DNA of 64,000 nucleotides from Alphaproteobacteria bacterium (lineage in GTDB: Bacteria; Pseudomonadota; Alphaproteobacteria; RF32; CAG-239): positions 126,261 to 190,260 of the forward strand of contig JAFTWG010000001.1 of assembly GCA_017465405.1 (NCBI GenBank), in the 5' to 3' direction. Both the position numbers and the translations under genes were made by a program. The notes below the pieces were generated by a model. It saw only the letters and a list, made by a program, of their open reading frames with translations, made no database searches and had not been told where the DNA came from. Within the stretch, counting starts at the first letter, position 1. The number at the start of each line of letters is the position of its first letter. Positions 1 to 9,396 of this stretch are shown here, piece after piece.

Positions 1-198
1 TTTTTTTCCATAGAAGAAAATATACCCAATTTTCTATACTTTTGTGTTTATATGATATAATAAAAACAACAAAAATGCATGTATTTTAATATAAAAGAAC
101 TCAAATACCCCATTTTAATATCAATATAAACATTTTTTTTGCACATCTTGACATTTCGTTTTTTATGTGTTATATGTATATACAATAGGAGTAAGTGT

Positions 199-1467
199 AT
201 GTTATCATCTTTTAAAATTCAAAACTTTAAGTCTATTCTTGATTTGAATTTAGATTTCAAATTTGATGAAGGAAAAGCACCTAACGGATACAAAGAACTA
301 GATACTGTAGTATTTCTTGAGCCGAAAAGGAATAATAGGTATATTCCATGTTTATCTATATACGGAGCCAATGCTTCTGGCAAAACAAATATTATAAAAG
401 CCTTAGATACATTTAAAGCTATTATAACGTCTCGCATTGACAACCTATATATACCTAATAAAATCAATACTAAATATGTATCGACATTATTCGAACTATC
501 ATTTTTTATAAAAAATAAAGAATATACATATCTGGTAGAGTATAACAAAGATACAATTGTTTTAGAGTCTCTAAAAGAAAATAATGATATTATATTTGAA
601 ATTTCATTAAAAAAACAAAATCTTATAAAAGTTTCAGGTAAAGGATATACTGAGCAACGGTTAAAAGAAATTTTGGATGTAGAATGCTGTGATACTAATA
701 AAAATCAAAAAATAACCTTTTTAAATCGTATAGCCACGAACTATAGCGGATTAAATAAAATCATATCAGATGTATACAAAGCAATAAAGGAAGATATAGA
801 GATATACCCTATAAATATGTTTCCATTATCATTTGGAATGGAAAAACTGGCGGCTTCACAAGATTATAAAGCAATAAATGCATCATTCGAAAAAATTACA
901 TCATTGCTAAGAAAATTAGATATTGATATTGAGCGTATGCAACTAGATAGAAACACAACTAAACTTGCTCAACCTATAGATTTGCAATCACAACCCTATA
1001 GCATATCGATAAAAGATAATATTTTATCGGTAGATTATATCTACTCATACCATAAGGATATTGATGGTAATGAGGTTAAATTTAAATTTACAGAAGAATC
1101 TGAAGGTACTCAAATAATAGCAGGTTTATTAGGTATATTTTTATCAGCTTTAGATAGAGGAGCAACTCTTATTATTGATGAATTAGAACGTTCTTTGCAT
1201 CCCTTATTATTAACTGAGGTTGTCAGATTATTTAAAGACAAGAGATATAATCGTAAAAATGCACAATTAATATTTACTGCTCATAATACAGATATTTTAG
1301 ATGCTGATTTATTAAGAATTTCTGAAATTGGCGTTGTAAAGAAAAATGCTAATAAAGGAACTGTATTAACAAGAGTTTCTTCTTTTGAGGGAATTAGAAA
1401 TGTAACCAATTTCAGAAAACAATACCTAAATGGTGCTTTCTCTGGTATTCCGCACCCTTATATATAA
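199..1467 (+). CDS. AAA/ABC-type ATPase, AbiLi-like (AAA_21 family); track ORF begins at 139 but the ATG at 199 has an AGGAG RBS
   Basis: Walker A 'GANASGKTN', Walker B 'LIIDELERSLHP', H-loop-like 'FTAHN'. N-terminus 'FKIQNFKSI' is typical of AAA_15/21 starts. An RloB-like gene follows immediately. Confidence 0.6.
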   Translation: MLSSFKIQNFKSILDLNLDFKFDEGKAPNGYKELDTVVFLEPKRNNRYIPCLSIYGANASGKTNIIKALDTFKAIITSRIDNLYIPNKINTKYVSTLFELSFFIKNKEYTYLVEYNKDTIVLESLKENNDIIFEISLKKQNLIKVSGKGYTEQRLKEILDVECCDTNKNQKITFLNRIATNYSGLNKIISDVYKAIKEDIEIYPINMFPLSFGMEKLAASQDYKAINASFEKITSLLRKLDIDIERMQLDRNTTKLAQPIDLQSQPYSISIKDNILSVDYIYSYHKDIDGNEVKFKFTEESEGTQIIAGLLGIFLSALDRGATLIIDELERSLHPLLLTEVVRLFKDKRYNRKNAQLIFTAHNTDILDADLLRISEIGVVKKNANKGTVLTRVSSFEGIRNVTNFRKQYLNGAFSGIPHPYI

Positions 1468-1478
1468 GGATAGAAAAA

Positions 1479-2057
1479 ATGAATTATCCCAAGAATGTAT
1501 ACATTATTATATGCGAAGGTCCTTCAGAAAAAGCGTATTTGCAAGAACTTAATCGCTATCTAGAAGATAATGATTATCCAGTTACAATCGTCCCCAAAAC
1601 AATAAACAATGGGCATTTTAAGCCTGCTCAAATAAAATTTAATGAAGTTAAAAAGCAAAATCCTAAAGATATCATTTATATTTGGGTTGATAAGGATACT
1701 TATATTAGGAATGATGAAGGCGATGGGGAAAAATATAATAAAAAGCCTAAGAATATTCCCGATTTTCATTTTAATTATCATAATTTTGAAGACTTTTTAG
1801 CTATGCATATGCCTGATGATATTTTATCTAATTGGCAAGAAATATGTAGAAAAAAGAACCATTTTAACAAACCTTTACATGCAAATATTTACGAACCATT
1901 ATATAAGCAAAACATTATTAATGATTATGAAAAGGGTTCTATGCCTTTTCCAATAACAAAAGAACAAATTATCAATGCATTAAAAAATCAAAAAGATACC
2001 TCCGTCTTATTTAAGAGTGATTTTTTAAATTTATTAGATGATTTGATAAAAAAATAA
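1479..2057 (+). CDS. RloB/AbiLii-like Toprim-superfamily protein, partner of the upstream ATPase
   Basis: N-terminal 'IIICEGPSEKAYL' matches the RloB CEGxTE-type motif. A downstream acidic 'IWVDKD' is consistent with Toprim DxD. It lies 11 bp after the ATPase stop. Confidence 0.5.
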   Translation: MNYPKNVYIIICEGPSEKAYLQELNRYLEDNDYPVTIVPKTINNGHFKPAQIKFNEVKKQNPKDIIYIWVDKDTYIRNDEGDGEKYNKKPKNIPDFHFNYHNFEDFLAMHMPDDILSNWQEICRKKNHFNKPLHANIYEPLYKQNIINDYEKGSMPFPITKEQIINALKNQKDTSVLFKSDFLNLLDDLIKK

Positions 2058-2077
2058 TAAAAATTATAACAAAGTTA

Positions 2078-2383
2078 TTACATATACTTTCTAACCAAAC
2101 CTTGAATTTCAGCGGCAAGACCGGCAGCCTTAAGGAGTTTGTTATGTTTGTTGCTTTTATCCGTCATATTAAAATATGCATATAGTAACATATTTGAGAC
2201 TAAATCTGCCTTTTCCATAATCTCTTTGATAAGGTCTTCAAATGTGCCGTTATAGGCTTCGGATAAGATTTTATAACTTTTAATCTTTTTATGGTTTTGC
2301 TTCAAAAACTCGTGCAAACCGTTAATATTATTGAAGTTTTTATATCCTTTGCGATTTGTAATTGTCTCAATCAACACCTTCAT
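2078..2383 (-). CDS. hypothetical protein (101 aa)
   Basis: ORF with no recognisable motif; transcribed divergently from the 2531 ORF. Confidence 0.3.
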   Translation of the reverse strand: MKVLIETITNRKGYKNFNNINGLHEFLKQNHKKIKSYKILSEAYNGTFEDLIKEIMEKADLVSNMLLYAYFNMTDKSNKHNKLLKAAGLAAEIQGLVRKYM

Positions 2384-2530
2384 ATCATGTCCTTTTGCTT
2401 TATAAAGGTATTTATGGATTTATATGTCAGATATTGTCGTAATAAAAAGCAATAATATCTAAAATCGCTTGATTTTAAGAATATTATTCAGTTTAATAAA
2501 AATATAATCAACTGACTAGGAAAATAAGCA

Positions 2531-3379
2531 ATGAGTATAGAAGACGAGATTAAAGCCTCTAAAGATTATTTGTTAACATTTGTTAGAGAAGATATAAAAA
2601 TACCAATACTTACTATTGATAATGTTGCCAGAGTTGAAGCAATGATACAAGTAGATTCAAGATATTCTAATAATAGAGATGAATATAATGGAGAGACTTC
2701 TTCAAATTTTTTTCATAAATTAAAAGAAATATTAAAAGATAAAGAAGAATTAAAAGATAATGAAAACACTTTAGAGACTTGTATTTATCAAATAGTACGC
2801 ACAATAGATAAGGAAAACAGCACTCATTTAAATTCAAATATAAGAGCAGAGGATGCTAAAGGTGATAATATAAAAAAAACAGGAAGGTACCTAATAGCAG
2901 ATAAAATCCTGCAGTTTAATAAAAAACGTTTTCTGGAGCATTTAACAAATCCCGACAAAGCATTAAAAGAAGATGGTCTTTTTCGAATAATTGAAATAAG
3001 TGGCGGACGTAAAAATACTTCTTTTGCCAGTAAATTTTGTCATTATGCATGTTTTAACTTATTTGATGATAAGAACAAAGACAATTATTCAATTTATGAC
3101 GCCGTAATAAGGATGGCTTTACCTATTTACATCAAGTGGCATAAAGTTACCGTTGAAAACATCAATTATAAGAATGAATATCGTAAAATAAGGAATGCTT
3201 TATGTAGAATAGATTATAAATTATATCAAACTATTGTTGATACTGTTCTAAAGGCTTCCGAAAGTGATATTAGTAGAAACGGATTTGACCATTTATTATG
3301 GTACTATTTCAAAGGAAAAAATGAGCAAGAAATAGAAGAAATCTACAACAGTATAGATACCATGAACAATTCTAAATAA
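2531..3379 (+). CDS. hypothetical protein (282 aa), possible abortive-infection-type protein
   Basis: Clean ORF with an upstream 'aggaaaataagcaATG' RBS and no family recognised; the role is suggested only by the island context. Confidence 0.35.
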   Translation: MSIEDEIKASKDYLLTFVREDIKIPILTIDNVARVEAMIQVDSRYSNNRDEYNGETSSNFFHKLKEILKDKEELKDNENTLETCIYQIVRTIDKENSTHLNSNIRAEDAKGDNIKKTGRYLIADKILQFNKKRFLEHLTNPDKALKEDGLFRIIEISGGRKNTSFASKFCHYACFNLFDDKNKDNYSIYDAVIRMALPIYIKWHKVTVENINYKNEYRKIRNALCRIDYKLYQTIVDTVLKASESDISRNGFDHLLWYYFKGKNEQEIEEIYNSIDTMNNSK

Positions 3380-3603
3380 TCCTAAATAAATTAGAATATT
3401 ATATTCTTAAATGGCCGTATTAAAATAAAAACGCCGCTAAATCAGTGGATTATTATAAAAAATATTGATTTTGCGGCTTGACAGCTGATTCTTGATATGT
3501 TTAAATCAAATCGAAGCGAGAGACATCGATAAGGTGTTTATCTCAAAAAAGTGAATTTATAACCAACTTGTCCCACTTTTAAGCGGACTAAAAGGAGATT
3601 TAA

Positions 3604-4137
3604 ATGAATACGAATATTTCGCATCCGAATATGGTGCAAGCGCTTATGAAAGCGTTATATCAAAACAATTTGCCCACAATTACAGATTTATTGAACCAAG
3701 GAGTTAATGTTAATCTACCATATAACGATAACGGCTGGACACCTTTTATGTGGGTATGTAAAGAGTTTTACGAAACTGATGTTGTCAAAATGTTCTTGGC
3801 TTATGGTGGCAATATTCATTCTCGCAACAAAGCCGGTGAAACTCCATTTATGATTGCTGCTAAAAAACGAAGCAATCCGGACACATTAGATGTTTTGCTT
3901 AAAGAAGGAAGCGATATTAACGCTCAAGATAATTCCGGAAATACTGCTCTTATGAAAGTAGTTCAACATCCGCAAGCAATGATGCGTTTATGTGTAATTG
4001 AGTTTCTTATCAAAAACGGTGCCGATGTTGATATTAAAAACAATGAAGGCAAAGATATTTGGGACTATGTCGATAATCATAAAGGCTTAAATGAGTTTAT
4101 CCTTTGTACATTGTTAGAGAGGTGTGCAAATGACTAA
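3604..4137 (+). CDS. ankyrin-repeat protein (177 aa)
   Basis: Repeats 'GWTPFMWVCKE', 'GETPFMIAAKK', 'GNTALMKVV' and 'KNGADVDIKNNEGKD' match the ANK consensus. RBS 'aaaggagatttaaATG'. Confidence 0.65.
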   Translation: MNTNISHPNMVQALMKALYQNNLPTITDLLNQGVNVNLPYNDNGWTPFMWVCKEFYETDVVKMFLAYGGNIHSRNKAGETPFMIAAKKRSNPDTLDVLLKEGSDINAQDNSGNTALMKVVQHPQAMMRLCVIEFLIKNGADVDIKNNEGKDIWDYVDNHKGLNEFILCTLLERCAND

Positions 4138-4456
4138 TATTCAAGAGATAGCAAGATTAAACGATGAGTTTAGAGCCAATCCATCAAAAGGAGTACTGAT
4201 TTTAACTCAAGGTATCAGATGTAATTCTTCAGAAGATATTGCAACCATTATCAACAAAGTGCGCAATTTCAATGACTTTAATAAAGACAATAATCCATAC
4301 GGTGAAAAAGATTTTGGAGCGTTTGAATTTAAGGGAAAGAAGATTTTCTGGAAAATTGATTATTATGACCGAGAACTTCTTTACATCTCGCCCGATGCCT
4401 GCAACCCAAAACTGACAAACCGTGTACTTACCATAATGTATGCAGATGAATACTAG
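4124..4456 (+). CDS. DUF3768-like small protein (110 aa); overlaps the ankyrin gene by 14 nt
   Basis: Motifs 'IARLNDEFR', 'NNPYGEKDFGAFEF' and 'FWKIDYYD', as remembered for DUF3768 proteins of plasmids and phages. Confidence 0.45.
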   Translation: MQMTNIQEIARLNDEFRANPSKGVLILTQGIRCNSSEDIATIINKVRNFNDFNKDNNPYGEKDFGAFEFKGKKIFWKIDYYDRELLYISPDACNPKLTNRVLTIMYADEY

Positions 4457-4464
4457 GAGGAAAT

Positions 4465-4617
4465 ATGAAATACGATATTATATGTTCCACAAGTGTAGAT
4501 GAACTGATTAAATGGGTAAACCAAAAACTAAAACAAGGTTGGAAACTTCAAGGCGGAATTGCCACAATGACACATCAACCGAGTTACACCGTGTTTTATC
4601 AAGCAATTATAAAATAA
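4465..4617 (+). CDS. DUF1737-like small protein (50 aa); below the 60-aa ORF-track cutoff
   Basis: Strong RBS 'taggaggaaatATG' 8 nt after the previous stop. 'ELIKWVNQKLKQGWKLQGGIATM...YTVFYQAIIK' resembles DUF1737 phage-associated proteins. Confidence 0.4.
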   Translation: MKYDIICSTSVDELIKWVNQKLKQGWKLQGGIATMTHQPSYTVFYQAIIK

Positions 4618-4687
4618 CAGAATATTTAAGACCGAAAGGCTGTGAGACTTATTTCCTTTCACTTACAGCCTTTCATAGGAGAAAGCC

Positions 4688-5272
4688 ATGACAAACAGTG
4701 AATTTGTAGATGATAAGAAAATTAAGGACATTTTGAACTTTATAAAATCAATGAAACATGCCGAGCAAATAAGAATGATGTTTCTTTGTTCCTTAAACGG
4801 TATGCGTTCAATCAATTTTGCATATTTGCAAGTAAAAGATGTTTTTAATGATGAGTTAAAAGTAAAAGACGTAATATGTCTTGATTATGATAAGAACAAA
4901 GGCAAGAACAAGTGCGAATATTATATGAACAGTCAATTAAAGAAAGAGTTTTGCGAATATTTGAAATATCTTCAAAACAAATGGGCTGATAAACTTTCGC
5001 CGGAAACATATCTGTTTACAAGCCAAAAACTCAATAAACCATATAACCGAGCATCAATAAGCAGGATGTTCAGTTCAATTTATAAAAAGTTCAACATTAA
5101 AGGGGCAAGCCATTTAGGCAGGCACTTGTTTGTATCAAAGTTGGTAAACTCCGGAGTTAATATCTGTTTGGTGCAAAAACTGGCTAATCATAAAAACATA
5201 TCAACTACACAGCATTACTTCAATTATAACCAACAAATGCTTGCCAATGCCGTAGAGAATGTGAAGATATGA
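4688..5272 (+). CDS. tyrosine recombinase (phage-integrase family), catalytic domain only; N-terminal core-binding domain absent
   Basis: Catalytic residues are seen: Arg in 'NGMRSINF', 'HLGRHLF' (HxxR) and 'HKNISTTQHY' (H...Y nucleophile). At 194 aa it is too short to include the SAM-like N-domain. Confidence 0.55.
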   Translation: MTNSEFVDDKKIKDILNFIKSMKHAEQIRMMFLCSLNGMRSINFAYLQVKDVFNDELKVKDVICLDYDKNKGKNKCEYYMNSQLKKEFCEYLKYLQNKWADKLSPETYLFTSQKLNKPYNRASISRMFSSIYKKFNIKGASHLGRHLFVSKLVNSGVNICLVQKLANHKNISTTQHYFNYNQQMLANAVENVKI

Positions 5273-5652
5273 TAACACTAGATAAAACGTGTTTTTTAGC
5301 GCATTGCGATTGGATTTATAACAATCGGTACAAGTTACAAAACAGACTTTGTGCTGATTTTGTGGTATCCGGATTTGTTATAAATGCTTTTGCCAGTCCG
5401 TATTACAGTTATTGTATCGATAAAATAACGGTCAGAAACTTAATCAAACTTTGGAACAATGGATTTGTTTATAATAATTTGCCATTAATCCATTACAGCC
5501 AATCTTATGGTGACAACTCAACACATATTGCTTACATTGATAATGGAAACCTAATTAATCAAACATTCTTCTACAATGATGAACAAAAGTATATCCCGAC
5601 AAATGAAGTAAAACAGATTTTGAAAGATTTGAGAATAAGTGTCAATAAATGA
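5269..5652 (+). CDS. hypothetical protein (127 aa); overlaps the recombinase stop by 4 nt
   Basis: ATGA overlap suggests translational coupling; no motif recognised. Confidence 0.3.
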   Translation: MITLDKTCFLAHCDWIYNNRYKLQNRLCADFVVSGFVINAFASPYYSYCIDKITVRNLIKLWNNGFVYNNLPLIHYSQSYGDNSTHIAYIDNGNLINQTFFYNDEQKYIPTNEVKQILKDLRISVNK

Positions 5653-5749
5653 CATTTCGCAAATTTAATTAGTTGTCATCAAGATTATTTTTATCTATCA
5701 TCATCTTACAGCACAAAGAATAATAGATAAAGATGTTAATAGCAGAAAT

Positions 5750-6163
5750 ATGAAGGAATATAATATGACAACATATAGAAAAGTATATAAAGGATTAACA
5801 TTAGAGCAAAAATCTTTATTAAGAGATTTACTCGTTTATCAAATAAGTAAGTATGATATTCAGAATAACATATCTAAACGTAGTACAGCTGTACATTTTC
5901 TGCATGATATATATGAAGATGATTTAATAGCATTTGATAGTACTATGATAATGATGGATGACATAATTAAAATATGCAGAACTGTTCCAGAAAACGAAAG
6001 AGCAAATATTCAGAGGCAGTTATTGTTAAATTCTGATGACGGACTAGTAGGTATTTTATCAATTTACTCTAATGAAACAATAAATGGACTAAAGGAAATT
6101 TTATCTTCCAAAGATAATATTCATATGGCATCAACAAGTTCTGCATGCTGGAGACATATTTAA
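5750..6163 (+). CDS. hypothetical protein (137 aa)
   Basis: ORF only. Confidence 0.3.
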   Translation: MKEYNMTTYRKVYKGLTLEQKSLLRDLLVYQISKYDIQNNISKRSTAVHFLHDIYEDDLIAFDSTMIMMDDIIKICRTVPENERANIQRQLLLNSDDGLVGILSIYSNETINGLKEILSSKDNIHMASTSSACWRHI

Positions 6164-6400
6164 AACTATTAATTATCAAAATTCTCACCTCTCAAAATGT
6201 TAAACAATGTTTGAAATTCTAACAAAGTTTAACATTTTTATTTTACTCATAAGCCCTACCCTATAAAAACACTAGGAAAACTGTCTATTACAAAGAAAAT
6301 GTTAAAGAAGGAATATTCTTTAACATTTTTATTTTTTTGCTTGTAATATAATTTAAATTAGTATAATATGGATTATATTAAATAATATATGAGGTGGATT

Positions 6401-7801
6401 ATGGAATTTATCGGAAGAACGAAAGAGCTTAAAGATTTAGAGCAAGAATATAAAAATAAACATTCCTTTGTGGTTTTGTATGGTCGGCGCAGAATTGGAA
6501 AAACCGAACTGATTAAGCAATTTATTAAAGATAAACCTGCTCTTTATTTTTTGGCAACGGAAGAGGCTGAACCACAGTGTATGAAAAGATTTTCGGCATC
6601 TTTAGCAGAATTTACCAAACAAGAATATTTAAAAAATGCAAACTTTAACGATTGGATAGAATTGTTTAAGATTTTTGCCGATGTGCAAAATAACCAAACT
6701 AAGATATTGGTTTTAGATGAATTTCAATATTTGGTGAATACTAATCCTGCATTTACCTCTGTATTTCAAAAAGTTTGGGATGAAGTCTTATCAAAAAAGG
6801 ACATAATGGTTATCATCTGCGGTTCTTATATCAATATGATGACACGTCAAGTTTTATCTGAAAAAAGCCCTCTATATGGTCGCCGCACCGCACAAATAAG
6901 ATTAGCGCCACTATCGTTTTGTGAAATTCAAGAGCACTATGCAACAGTTCCTTTTGCCGAATTGGTAGAACAATATGCCGTTACCGGAGGTGTTCCGAAA
7001 TATATGGAATTTTTTGCCAACGACAGTACACTGATGGAAAACATTGCCAGAACAGTTCTGAATACGAACGGTTTTTTGTATGATGAACCGGCATTTTTGC
7101 TCAATAAGGAAGTTAAGGAACCGGTTAACTATTACTCCATAATGAAAGTTATTGCAGCTGAAAATCACAAACTATCGGAAATAGCTTCGGCAATGCAAGT
7201 AGAAAGTAACCGTTTAACACCATATTTGGAAACCTTGCAGGGTTTGTATTTGTTGGAAAAACGTGTTCCGGTAACAGAAAACAACCCGGAAAAAAGCCGT
7301 AAAGGTCTTTATGTTATGCGAGATATTTTTATGCGTTTTTGGTTTAAGTTTGTATTTCCTTACAAAGGAGAACTTGAACTGGATAACCTTAATTTTGTTT
7401 TAAGTAAGCTGAATGAACATTTTATTGATAATCATGTTGCTTTTGTTTATGAAGATATTTGCCGTAACATATTTGCCGAACTATGCAAAAAAAGACTGAT
7501 TGATTTTGTGCCGTCACGTATCGGTTCATATTGGGGTAAAAACGAAGAAATTGATTTGGTTGCCGTAGATGAAAGCAATAAGCGTATTTTTGCAGCGGAA
7601 TGCAAATATTACAAAGATGACAAACCGGTTGATGTAGGGGTTTTCGCAAAATTACAAGAAAAGTGCAAGACTAAAGATTTTTCCGGAAACGACATTACTT
7701 ACGGGCTATTCTCCAAGAGTGGTTTTACTAGCCGTTTAAAAGAAATTGCCGCCGGAAATGATAAATTAATATTAATTAACGGCGTAAAACTGGAAAAGTA
7801 A
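6401..7801 (+). CDS. ATP-binding protein, archaeal-type ATPase with DUF234 C-terminal domain
   Basis: Walker A 'LYGRRRIGKTELI', Walker B 'ILVLDEFQYL', and a C-terminal region typical of DUF234. RBS 'gaggtggattATG' at 6401; the track starts at 6389. Confidence 0.6.
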   Translation: MEFIGRTKELKDLEQEYKNKHSFVVLYGRRRIGKTELIKQFIKDKPALYFLATEEAEPQCMKRFSASLAEFTKQEYLKNANFNDWIELFKIFADVQNNQTKILVLDEFQYLVNTNPAFTSVFQKVWDEVLSKKDIMVIICGSYINMMTRQVLSEKSPLYGRRTAQIRLAPLSFCEIQEHYATVPFAELVEQYAVTGGVPKYMEFFANDSTLMENIARTVLNTNGFLYDEPAFLLNKEVKEPVNYYSIMKVIAAENHKLSEIASAMQVESNRLTPYLETLQGLYLLEKRVPVTENNPEKSRKGLYVMRDIFMRFWFKFVFPYKGELELDNLNFVLSKLNEHFIDNHVAFVYEDICRNIFAELCKKRLIDFVPSRIGSYWGKNEEIDLVAVDESNKRIFAAECKYYKDDKPVDVGVFAKLQEKCKTKDFSGNDITYGLFSKSGFTSRLKEIAAGNDKLILINGVKLEK

Positions 7802-8181
7802 CCTTGTATTTTCATATTAAAAATAATTTCAAGCATCGAGTAAACTTTTTATCAATTTAACTTGGTCTTTCATTGCCAATATTTCGCTGTAATGATTGAC
7901 AAGTACATTGTAAAGTTGAGCGGATTTTTCTTTTATTCCTGCGTCCTCCTGCCAGCCAGAGTTCAAAAGTCGTCAAAATGGCGATTTTTTCTTTTATATA
8001 CAAGCATTTAAGCCGGTTCGAAGATTAGCCACCAAATATACTATACCCCAGATAATCTTCGAACTAATTTTAGCAAGAATTTAACATTTTCAATGAGTTA
8101 TGAAGTTCAGCATATATTTAAAATTTTACTTTACATAATGACATCAATCATTTACTCTGAACATTATAGGAGAAAACTCAT

Positions 8182-9396
8182 ATGTTTACATTGTTAGAAT
8201 TATTCAAAAATATAAACACAACCAAGGCATATTTTTTAGGAGCATTGATAACAGCAAATGAATGCTATATACAGGATAATATAAAATATTGGTCCGTACC
8301 GATAAGACATAATCCTGGACAAGCAACTCCTCACGAACTAAAACAGCACTATAATTTCCTAAAAGTACTGTCTAGAAAGGTTAATGGAAATATTTTAACA
8401 TCTGATATTTTGGGAAATAAAATGGGATTTGCTTCAGGAAAGCAAGGTTTTGCTGTTTTATTTACAAGTGATTTAAAAACAAATTTATCATCAATATTAC
8501 AAGCATCTCAGGTAATATTAACAATGAATTCAGATATAAAAAGATCTTTTTTAATTGGTGTTTTTGATGGGAGATCTTCTCTGGATAAAAATAGTACAAC
8601 GGACGAAATACGAAATATAGCGGTTGATTGTGAAGATAAAGCTGGACATGATATTATTTCATCGATCTTGTCTGATTTTGGAATTACCCCATTAAATCAA
8701 AACGAATCTCGAGAAAGATTGGAAGGCGGTAGACCCAGAAAAAATCAGTTAAGAATTCCTAAAAAGTATGTCTCTGAGTTTGCGACCAATATTGGTTTTA
8801 TTTCTCCTCTGAGATTTAAAGCATTTAAAAATAGCTTTTCTGAAATAATTCCTTATATAAAGAATGAAGACTCTTTATTACCAGGTTTAAAAAGTCTTTC
8901 TTATACCCAGACAGAAGATACCATAGAAGAAAATAAACTTGATGATTTGGTTATAAAAAGCACTAATATTGATAATATTAATCCTATTCTCCATACTTAT
9001 TCAGGGATTGCCAAACCCAAACCTGAACCTATTGTCTCTAAAGGACGTAAATTATATGCAAGAAATCCTCAAACAGCAGTTAATGCTTTAACATTGGCAT
9101 CCTACAAGTGTGAAATTGATGGTAATCACTACACGTTTATTAGAAAGAAAAATAACAAACCCTACACAGAACCTCATCACTTAGTACCCATGGCGTTTTC
9201 TGAAAGATTTGATGTTTCTCTTGATGTAGAAGAAAATATTGTGTCCTTATGCAGTAACTGTCATAATTTTTTGCACTATGGACGTGATGCAAAAGAGCTG
9301 TTAAATATTCTTTACCCAAAACGAAAAAATATGCTAGCTAACGTAGGTATAGATATTGATATAGATGACTTGTATGAAATGTACAACTTAGATTAA
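8182..9396 (+). CDS. putative restriction endonuclease: N-terminal LAGLIDADG-like double motif plus C-terminal HNH nuclease
   Basis: C-terminal 'CEIDGNH...EPHHLVP...LCSNCHNFLH' is an HNH motif. The N-terminus carries 'AYFLGALITANEC' and 'SFLIGVFDGRSSL' about 105 aa apart, which is the LAGLIDADG spacing. It converges on and overlaps the m5C methyltransferase stop by 4 nt. Confidence 0.5.
   Translation: MFTLLELFKNINTTKAYFLGALITANECYIQDNIKYWSVPIRHNPGQATPHELKQHYNFLKVLSRKVNGNILTSDILGNKMGFASGKQGFAVLFTSDLKTNLSSILQASQVILTMNSDIKRSFLIGVFDGRSSLDKNSTTDEIRNIAVDCEDKAGHDIISSILSDFGITPLNQNESRERLEGGRPRKNQLRIPKKYVSEFATNIGFISPLRFKAFKNSFSEIIPYIKNEDSLLPGLKSLSYTQTEDTIEENKLDDLVIKSTNIDNINPILHTYSGIAKPKPEPIVSKGRKLYARNPQTAVNALTLASYKCEIDGNHYTFIRKKNNKPYTEPHHLVPMAFSERFDVSLDVEENIVSLCSNCHNFLHYGRDAKELLNILYPKRKNMLANVGIDIDIDDLYEMYNLD

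Noticed and set aside
219-548. 109-aa minus-strand ORF inside the AbiLi-like ATPase gene
   Set aside because: Antisense to a well-supported CDS with AT-rich codon bias artefacts; no RBS.
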